Source: Ascidiella aspersa
Lineage: Eukaryota
Reading direction: 5' to 3'
Length of the DNA stretch: 64,000 bases
Assembly: GCA_963924565.1 (NCBI GenBank)
Contig: OZ004613.1
Coordinates: forward strand, 21,638,001 to 21,702,000
The translations under genes were made by a program, and so were the position numbers. This document shows positions 51,033-60,400 of this stretch, piece by piece. The stretch's first letter is position 1, and every line of letters starts with the position of its first letter. The notes beneath the pieces are model-generated. The model made no database searches, was not told where the DNA came from, and saw nothing but the letters and a program-made list of their open reading frames with translations.

Positions 51033-52729
51033 CCTTGGAATTTTTCCTTCTCACATATGACCTCCAGCCTGTCGAGCTGCGCGCGCGATTTAGTAGTTCC
51101 ATTGTCCCGCAGCGTTCTCCGACCTGTTATTTGTTATAATCGTCGTTTTTTCTCGTTGTTGTTATTACCATTATAACTGTTATTGCGACTTTTCTGCGTC
51201 GAGCACGTTTTAATCATTCTCCCTTTTATTTTATCCCTCGTCGTCATTTGAGCTGCTCTTTTTTGCCCCCGTGTCAAAACTTGTTTCCGAAAACCGAAAA
51301 CTTGCGTTTTTAGCGTCATAGTTACGTCACGCGAAGCTGTGCCTTTTCGTGGCGTTGGAATGCAGCAACTTGTCTTTTCATCGTCGGTTTTTCACTTTTG
51401 CATAAAAAGTTGGACGAAGATTGCTTTTTCCTTTTTATTGAGCCATGATGTACGTAAAAATCCCATTGCTGTCACAAATGTAAAATAAGGGCATGGAGCC
51501 AATGTAAGTGCTCCCTGATAACCATCTTTCATATTTACGCCAAAAAAGCAAATCTCAAAATCCATGACACGCCAACCTAAAATGTCAAGTGCTTACTTTG
51601 GCATCCAGGTAGAAAGCAAATTTTGGGAACTTCAAAATATTTTACCAAAATACCCTTTTTAAAATATTGCAACTAATTTGACTACTTTTTTGTTCAGCAC
51701 CGCTTCCTTGCTGTGACCCAATGCACACGAATTTTTTTTTAAATACTTCCTAGAATAAAAACTTGGTCATTTAAGTGTTGTATTACTACTATTTTTGGCA
51801 CATAATCCTAACGATGATGAGCACTAAATGTTATTAGCAGAAACAAAACTAGGATAATCTGATTAGTATTGATTTGAACCAACTCTTACTATGTTTACCC
51901 GGAAACCCAACTTGTTTGTCGAAAATTTTCTCTTGGTTAAAATGTTGTACAGGAAACGAAGCCACCCAACCTCCTCTAAGACTTCTATTTATTTCCAATA
52001 TAACACTTTTTCTTTTACTACTAACTACCCTGATTCAGTGCACTGCCTCTTGTTTTAAGCGTAGTGTTACCTCTCCAAGCAAGAGATGAAAGGCCAGCAG
52101 ATAAAAGATGTCACGTTATTTTTCGGAATTTATTCTTGTTCTTATGTGATCCGTACTTTTCTTCGTTTTTCCGTATATTTGGCGACCAAATCACTAGCGT
52201 GTCTTACTTTTGCCGTCTCGGATTTTTTTCTTCGAAAAACGTGTCGTGCCTGCTTTTTCACGCGAAGCTCGTTGGCCTTCGGCTCGCGGCATTTCTCGGC
52301 TAATAATTGTCACCCGTTTTTTTGAATGAAATCAAAAATTTATCGTAGTCCCGGTAATAAAATTTTATGACATTTTTTCGAATAGGTTTTGGCGTTGGAT
52401 GGACACTTATACTGATTTCAAATGAATGTGAGATTTTTGACTGCTCGTTCGATAAAAAATAGGATTTCATAAAGTCTATAAGATGGGTTTATTAAAACCT
52501 ATTTAGCAAAGTGTCTTAAAAATATAAGACGTCTAAGTTTTGGGTGGAGGTAATTAAGTAATTAACCCCTGTTTAAAAATTGAACTGCGTTAGTTTATAG
52601 GTTATAAACGTTCGGATGCAACCGTATAGGATAGCGTAACTGAAGTACGATGCACAAACTTTGAAAATGTATGGAACTGCGTGGTTTAAGCTATAGGGAG
52701 ACTAACTTGCTTATCAGTTCGAAAATGTT

Positions 52730-52800
52730 ACCTAAAAAATATAACCTTTCTGATAATCAGTTTGGGAAATGCCACCTAAAAATATAACCTTTCTGATAAT
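52730..52800. repeat. Short direct repeat (27-28 bp, two copies)
   Basis: acctaaaaa(a)tataacctttctgataat twice. Confidence 0.75.
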
Positions 52801-53297
52801 ATAAAATACAACTTGCTTATCAAACTAAACGTTAGTTCAGGCCTTAATATAAATTCCAGTCCACGGTTTTATTTTTCAACAAAAATCTTGTATATTATGT
52901 TCTACAAGCCAACACGTAAAACACACGCTGTACACCAACTAACGATCGCTTGGTTTTCCACAGACGCCATTTACTGCATAAGGCAATCGTCAAACTGAAC
53001 CCCTTTCTCAACAACCATCGTAGTCGATATATATTTTAGGCAAGAAATATAACGATAAATAGACCAAAGATGTGCAAATTACTATGTACTGTCAAACTTA
53101 GGAAGGTAAACAACACAATAAGTTCGGGTTATGGTAACATACAAACTCGAAGTAAATCGGACAATTCAAAGTATGAAGCTTGTATTAACTTTGTTGTAAT
53201 CTAAAAATCGCGCTCATAAGTAGCTGGCAATTATGTCTAGTTTTGAATCGCTGATAAAATGTCTGCAGCCGGCCAAATTCTCAGCTTTTGGTGTTGA

Positions 53298-53993
53298 CTA
53301 GTACTGGTCGGCAAAAGAGCGGCTCCAACCCACCGCCTTCGCGTTGAAATCGAGCTGGCAGTTGGGCGCGGTGACGAAAGTGCCCCGACCGATTCTGAGC
53401 CCCTGCTTTCGGTGCGGCGCGTTGCGGTGGTTCTTCGCGTTGAAGTAGATGGCGCTGGTCGGGATTCCGTTCACATAGAGCGCCTGCTGGGGCTCATTCT
53501 CGCTGCCAACGTACTCTTCCTCAGCAGCGCCGTTCATGTAGTAGTCGGCGTCGCCACCTTCAATGTAGTTTCCGGACGCAGGTTCGGCCGAAACGCTTCG
53601 TTGCTGCTGTACGCGGTAATAAGAGTCGGCTGTGTTCCACCTTCGCGGAGGCGGATTGCTCTCTTGTTCCTCGGGCATCTTGTAATTGGCCTCCACCTTG
53701 GCGCGCCACTCCGGCGGCGGCTCCGACATCGGCGGCAGAACGTTGCAGTTACCGCTCCTTATGGAACGCGCCGAAGGGCCTTTGAAGATATGCGATGGCA
53801 TGTACTTGACGGCCGTCGACGAGTTGACCGCCATGTTCCACGGGGTGGATCGCTGGTCGATTGATACTGGCTCGGGCTCCTCTTCTGCGACTTGCTTCCC
53901 GTCAGAAGACAGGCTCGTGTACTTTTCCATCCGCTTCTTCTGCTTGATGAACATCCTTCCTCCTTTTGTTGAGCTGCGCATCGTCTTCGGGTT
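53298..53993 (-). CDS. MYOZ: Myozenin-like last exon
   Basis: ctttcag|NPKTMRSSTKGGRMF...DFNAKAVGWSRSFADQY*; 232 codons, phase 0. Confidence 0.85.
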   Translation of the reverse strand, partial: NPKTMRSSTKGGRMFIKQKKRMEKYTSLSSDGKQVAEEEPEPVSIDQRSTPWNMAVNSSTAVKYMPSHIFKGPSARSIRSGNCNVLPPMSEPPPEWRAKVEANYKMPEEQESNPPPRRWNTADSYYRVQQQRSVSAEPASGNYIEGGDADYYMNGAAEEEYVGSENEPQQALYVNGIPTSAIYFNAKNHRNAPHRKQGLRIGRGTFVTAPNCQLDFNAKAVGWSRSFADQY

Positions 53994-54875
53994 CTGAAAG
54001 TAAGTAAGTGTTACTTGTCGACGGCTGATAGGCTAGCGGCCAGTCTATAATTAGAAGTTACGAGGCGATCTATTAGCGGCCGTGATTGGTGTAACGTCAA
54101 GGCGGCTCCAATTAAAATCTGACATATTGAATAGCTTTAACGTATCATTTCACGTATCAAAGGCTCAGTTTAACTTGTGCAACTAAAATTATGGCAAGGC
54201 AAACATGTATTTCCAACTAGACACAAAACGTTCATGCTATATAGATTTCGGTACAGCTCGGTATATATGAGGATATATATATATCTTAACCCTTACACAA
54301 AAAGCTAGCTGCGAAACTTACCACCTCGGCGAGAACCTTGTATCCCTTTCCGACCTTTTTGGATCGCTGCTTCAGGCGTACTTCAGGAGTAACTCTGCCG
54401 CTGTTTTCCTGGATCAGCTCTTGCGAATAAGGGTAGGACACCTTCTGCGCGCTACTGTAGCTGGGCATTTTGTTGTGGTGCACCTCTTGAAGCCTCCCGC
54501 GCTGATAGAAGGTCCTGAAGTCCCCTGGTCTGTCACCTGGGGTGTCGTACACGTGGACGTACACGCTGCCGTTGGGTCTTGGGGCCACAGGGGGCGGTCC
54601 CTTTGCCACGAACTGGGTCTTCTCTCTCTTGGCCACAGGGCCCGCCACCGCCCGGAAGGGCTTGTACTTAGTGTGTGCAATGCTATTGAACACCATTTCT
54701 TGCTATTAACACGTTTGGAGTCAAAATACAACCAAAGGCGTACAGAACTTTCCTACTTAGCCGCTTTACCGGGCTGCCACAAACCCGATCGTGGCGTGAG
54801 CGACTGAGCGGGCCAGGTGACGAACGATTCGACGAAGGCCATTAATGCTGGTCGCTGGGGAACGCTTTCCTGCAT
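53298..54875 (-). CDS. MYOZ: Myozenin/calsarcin-like protein (2-3 exons, start uncertain)
   Basis: KKVGK...TKGGRMFIKQKKRMEKYT, STPWNMA and C-terminal DFNAKAVGW occur in the order of myozenin motifs as recalled (LGKK...RGSKMFK.RQ.R.EKF, SPWE.A, FNR..KGW/QGW). Confidence 0.65.
54322..54682 (-). CDS. MYOZ: Myozenin-like exon (5' boundary uncertain: 54682, 54666 or ATG at 54696)
   Basis: ...KGPPPVAPRP...KKVGKGYKVLAEV|gtaagt; phase 0 out, matches next exon. Confidence 0.7.
54757..54875 (-). CDS. Candidate first coding exon of myozenin-like gene
   Basis: ATG-MQESVPQRPALMAFVESF...GKAA aa|gtagga; phase 2 fits acceptor at 54682 across a 74-nt intron. Confidence 0.4.
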
Positions 54876-54904
54876 CTCGCCCGCTCTCGGGGGACGCAAA
54901 TCTG

Positions 54905-54926
54905 TGACGTCATCGCAGGTCAGCTG
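54905..54926. promoter_or_regulatory. CRE palindrome plus E-box upstream of myozenin-like gene
   Basis: TGACGTCA at 54905-54912 and CAGCTG at 54921-54926, just 5' of the candidate ATG. Confidence 0.45.
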
Positions 54927-55560
54927 CGCGAAATGCCTTCGAGTGAGTGTTCGCGCTCTTCATAATAAAGTTAATACATTCCGCCCATGACTGTCGTTAG
55001 GCGCTGTTTATGTTAGTATGCATTTGACTTATTCTTTAGAGAAAGAAATCCTAAACGAACAAACAGTCCTTAAACGTTGCATTGATAAAGGTACAACAAA
55101 ATTCTCAATTATATGGAACAATCCACGTGAAACGGGCACAAATACCATTTAACTTGCTTTGAAACATATCATTTTATTTTGACCATGTAAATGTAAACCG
55201 TGTACTGAATTTCTATTTTTTTCAGAATAAAATCAGGAGTTATTATTAATGTACACGGATGTCAAACAGAGCTTTATATACAGTATTATATAGCCTATAT
55301 ATATATAAGGCACAAACAAATTGATTAAACTGGATAAATTTGGTTGAATGTTAAAATAAAAAATCAGCAACTACTGAATCCAGGATTGGGGCATGATCCG
55401 TGCAGCCCTCTTCTTCAAAATATATTTTTTGCTGCGTAATAACATAACTAACAAGTTCTTTTTTCTATTTTATGTGATAATTATAACTTATAAAATTTTC
55501 GGCCCTTTAAACGGAATTATTTGAACATTAATATATTTCAAGTCTCTATCCTGTTTAGAT

Positions 55561-55882
55561 TGGGAGTCGGCAACCTTTTCCTAATCTCGGGTCAAAAATA
55601 AACACAAAAGTTCTCGTTGGGCCGTAATACACTCTATACTGACAAGTAGTTTTTAGGCATTCGATTCAAACAACTTTTAATCACGCGCACCTGTAATTTT
55701 TTGAAGATTTCGCAATTTGCATTTATGTAATCGTTAAAAAGATTTTGCATTTATAATAGTAAAATTATCAAAAAAATACGAGAAAAGTCTCTTGTCTAAT
55801 TTGTAAAAGAGTCAGCGAGATGGTTGATTTCCTTTGGCGACCGGATCAAGTCTGCGGGTTGTAGGTTGCTTAATTCGCACTG
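55561..55882. mobile_element. Degenerate hAT MITE
   Basis: GGGAGTCGGCAACC...TAGGTTGC...CTG; flanks GTTTAGAT/GTTTAGAA. Confidence 0.6.
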
Positions 55883-57035
55883 GTTTAGAATTTATTGAAT
55901 GTTTATATTCTAGTGTCACAAATAACCTATACAAACTCTAAACATGTTTAAAAAATAAAATTTGAAATTGATTAGCCCAAAGCAATCCATGCTGTGTTTA
56001 CGTGAAACGTAAGAACTTGTCCTAATAGGCTATTTGCCAACTTAAATAGCAATATTACATTTCGCGCTTCTATCGAACCTTTTACAGTTTTTTTCATGCC
56101 TACATTCCTCCTTTGGAACACACCCTACAAACTAACATTTGCGCCAAATACTCTGGATTTTTTTCACGATTCGCGTGACATTTGTGTTTTTAAGAGCATT
56201 CCCAAAAATTAAATCTTTGTTTACTTAATCTAAAAAAGTTTAAATATTTCGTGTAACCACAAAGAGAATAAATAATAATCAAACGTTTTTACCAATCTAA
56301 ATAAACTAAGGCTAAAACTTAGATCAGCACACACGCCTTGAGTTTGTTTACCACGGAAAACTCAGCAACTATTCAGTCTCAAATCTTGTTAAAAACTGCA
56401 ACTGATCGTTTTGTCCAAAACCTATTTAATGGAATACAATATTTTAAGTAGTTTTATAGATATGTAAAATTGATGTCCAATAAGTCTTACATATCACACT
56501 TTACCTATAGGCTAAATACTCCTGGCAAATGATATAGTTAAATTTTATTTTTAATTAGTCATAGTATTTTCTCCTTGTTAGTCCATTATTTTTAAGTAAT
56601 GTATAACAGCACTTTCAGTATACTATTTCTTTATTCGGAAACTTTAAGGGAACGGCCTCTGCTTTGCTTAATTAAGTTTACGCTAATCAAAATACGTTTA
56701 AACAAAATACATGCAACACTTATGTAATAAATACATTAGGACAAACAAAAATTAGGTAGATATGTACACGATGAAAAACATGCAGGACGAGATTTTATTA
56801 ATTTAAACTGATGAAAAGATTGACAAACAGTTAAAAAAAAGAAAATAGCCTAAACAATATTTGTACAAGTAATAAACCACAAAAAAGATCTTCTAATGAC
56901 TTTCGGAACGTTAATAGATTTCGAATAGACCTATGCCAGTCATATAATAAATTTGTTGTTTGATATCTTTCAACTATAAAATCTCTTATTTTAACTATTT
57001 TTTGGCCTGAAGCACATTGCAGTGAAAAGTTATTA

Positions 57036-57481
57036 CTAGTGACCAGTGGGTGACCATTTGGCAGGTGATACGTTAGTGGCTTTGTTTGGCAGACTGAGTA
57101 CTTTACGCTGTAGCGCCGGTGGATCAAAATCGAACATGGTCTCTTCTGGAGCATCTGTTGACAGGGCAGCCCCCATTCCTGGAGCATAAGTATCGAAATG
57201 GACGTGCCTGGCATTGTAAACTGGCTTGGTCGTGGCCCTAGATTTATCCATGACCTCCTTGTAACCTGGGGGAGGTGGCAAATTGTATTTATCAACGTTT
57301 GGTGGATCATATCGCTGGCCTGGAGACCAAACAGAAAAAGCAGGTTTCTTTAATGGTCCTTCCTGGTCTTCAGTTTTGCTTTGGTTTATTTGATGCGCGT
57401 TTTCTAGTGATATTTCAGGGTCTTGTTGCGCTATTGGGAGTTCTGGTTGATTGGTCTCGGCTGTGTTACAGGGCTTGTTTT
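57036..57481 (-). CDS. SYNPO2: Synaptopodin-like terminal exon (PPPPGY)
   Basis: ttacag|NKPCNT...LPPPPGYKEVM...SPAKWSPTGH*; minus-strand AATAAA at 56794-56799. Confidence 0.78.
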
Positions 57482-60400
57482 CTGTAAAAGAAGAGCTAAA
57501 GTATTGTCCGTTTTAATTACCTAAAGAGAAACGCAAAAGCTTGCATAAGCGATCCAAACACCAGTTAAAGGTCAAGCAAAATTACAATCATTATAATTCA
57601 CTTGTTAGAGTCTTTACAGTTTTAACATAAGCCATACTTACCATATTGAACGACCAGACTTTTGTTGGAGTCCGAGCTCAGAAATCTAACCAGATCTGGT
57701 TTGGGGGCAACTCTTGGGGGAGGCCCCTTTTTCACAGGCATCTTCGCATCATTATGAATGAACACCTCGTCCAGTGGCTGGGGCTGCTGCTCCGACGCCT
57801 TACCCGACGATGACGTGGAACCTTTGTCGTAGGATGACGTCATCGATGACGTTCCAGAGTTGTTCGAGTCGGATGCGGCGTCATCACAGTTGACGAAGTC
57901 GGCGGCCGAGGGTGGACGACGTGCGACGTAATATTGCTGGTAGTGTAGGGGGTCCTTGCCTCTACCTTTTTTGTTTCCACTTGGTCTCCTCTAAAGGTCA
58001 ATCATTTTGTTGTAAACAAACTCACAAAGTATATTTCACGAAATTACTTCACTAGGCAGGTCATTTACTAAATGGCTTAAATCTAAGCCTCAGTCGTTCT
58101 GTCTGGTCTGATTGTGTAATCAGGAAATATTTATGACAAAAAATAACAATAATTTTAGGAAAATATTGAAGTGGGTATCAATTTTGTTTTAAACTAGTAT
58201 TGTGTTTCGCTCTCCAAAATTTCGAAATGCTTTAAATGAAATAGCAGTTGACAGTCAATGATTTTATTTATCACTATTTTTAACTAAATGCTTTACAAAA
58301 TAAGCTTATGGAAGTGATTCTAAAACATTTTTCTTGTAAATTTTTTTTATCGTGACGCACTCAACATAATGAACTAACTTCTCCAGCCCTTATTTGATGC
58401 ACTCTAAAGTCAATCAATTAGGAATTAATCAACGGGCACATAAAAATTAGGTAAAACGTGCCCGTGAGAAAATGATAATACCTAAAATCAGTTTATGATT
58501 GCAGTCAAATTTCGATACGGATCATAGTATAGCGCCTTTGGAAGATTAAAACGAAGCACAGTTTGAGAAAATCAAGCTTATGGCATTGTGTCCAGAGTTA
58601 TCGCATGCACATATCACAAGAGTCAATAGTAAAATAATAAAACTGTAATAAACTGCAATAATAAATGAATAAAATAATAAAAATATCTCAAAATATATTC
58701 GTTCAATGCAACTTTTGAATAGCTTTTGTAACCGATGACAATCTCCCAAAACCTATAATTTTAACACATTAAACCTAACCCAACATGCACCAACCGGTGA
58801 ATCCGAGTCTGAAAACTTTCTAAACTCTCCCATAACGTCATTCATGCTCTTCCTGCTTTTTGGGTCGAGGGCCGGCTTCTGCTGGTTGCCCATGTTTACG
58901 AGAGGAGCTGGTACGATCCTTGCGTCCTTGCTCCCGTTGCATTCCCTAGTGTAGCGGTCCATCCGCTGTTGCTGCTTCTCGAACATTCGCGCGCCTTTTC
59001 CTTTCATCGCTCCTACAAGGAAGATAAAGTTTAAAGCAGTATCCAGCCACGCGTTTACAGCAAATGCGAGACGCGTTTCAACGTTCAATGGTCACCCAAT
59101 TTGAAGGTAGAAAGGCGGATTAATTGAGTGATATCAGGGTTATGTGTTATCAAACAGCTGTCAACCACTGACACAATCAAGTTTTTACAAGTTTTGTTAC
59201 AGTTTAGGCTTGCTTCACTTAACCTATTAAGCTCTATAAACTTTTAAAATATGAATGTTTTACCTCCTGCAATTGTTCCGAGGGCTTGCGGTTTGCCTTC
59301 ATTCTGCTTTGCTTGGTTGCCGTTCTTTAGGTAACTCACTTGCGGAGTTGCGACTTTGGTTGAAACTGGCTTGTTAAACTGCTGTGGCGTGAAACTGGAA
59401 AAGTACATCACATTTTATAAACTGCAAAAAATGTTCTGATAAAAGTTACCTTTTTGCCTTAATCGCGGTTTAACTTTTCACTAAGCATCGTGCTGTGAAT
59501 ATTTGTTATAATGATAAAGGTTGAGTAACCTGAAGACAAAGCAACAAACATTTAACCGGTACCAAGTACTTTTACACAAAAATTGCTATTAAAATCGCTA
59601 TTTCTTCTTAAAAAAGTCGATTAAATTGCAACCACGTACTCCATTCCATGCCATTACCTCTTTAAGCAAAACAACGAATCGTGTATTGTAGAGTCGTAAT
59701 ACCTTGGTCTTGATGGAGACTTGTTCTTAACGGTGGTCGCTTTGCTCTCTTCGTCCAAAATAGCGCCTAGTGACGGCGAACTTTTGTATACGGTTTCCAT
59801 TTTCGGCTCGTACTTTCCTTTCGCGGGATCCAGCAGTTTCAAACAGGCCATCACTTTCGGCTTTTCATCCGCGCTGGAAGGCTCATTTGGCTTCGGTGGA
59901 TAGACCATAGGGGAAGGTGCACGATAAGAACTGTACACTGGCGGCGGAGGCACAAAAGATTGCGAGGTGCTGACGTTCGGAACTGTGGAAACTGTACCGT
60001 TCGCTAATGATGATGGACTTTTTGGGAGGTTTACTGCTTCACACTCTATACTGACTACATCTAAGGTGTTTTGTAGAAATGGCTTGGGTAAGGGACTTAC
60101 TGCTTTTAAAACATCATTCTCTGTGGTTTGTGTATTACTCGTTTCTTCTACATTTGATCCGTTAAAAATTGTATCCTGGTATGATCGAGATGATGGAGTT
60201 GAAGAGACATCGCTGGCAGCTGGTTGGTATGTTGTGACAGGAGCAACTGCTGGAGGACTCCTTAGTTTTTCAACATGTTGTCGCTGATAAGGTGATGGAG
60301 AAGCGCATTTTAGGGGTTCCTTAAGAAGAGACACAGATGGCGAAGGTGGAGCATTTTTTACGACGTTTTGGTGTGGCTGATATGTCACTTGTGGCGTTTG

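Noticed and set aside
56831-57310. 159-aa minus-strand ORF as the synaptopodin terminal exon
   Set aside because: Splice phase from 57642 selects the other frame (PPPPGY, stop at 57036).
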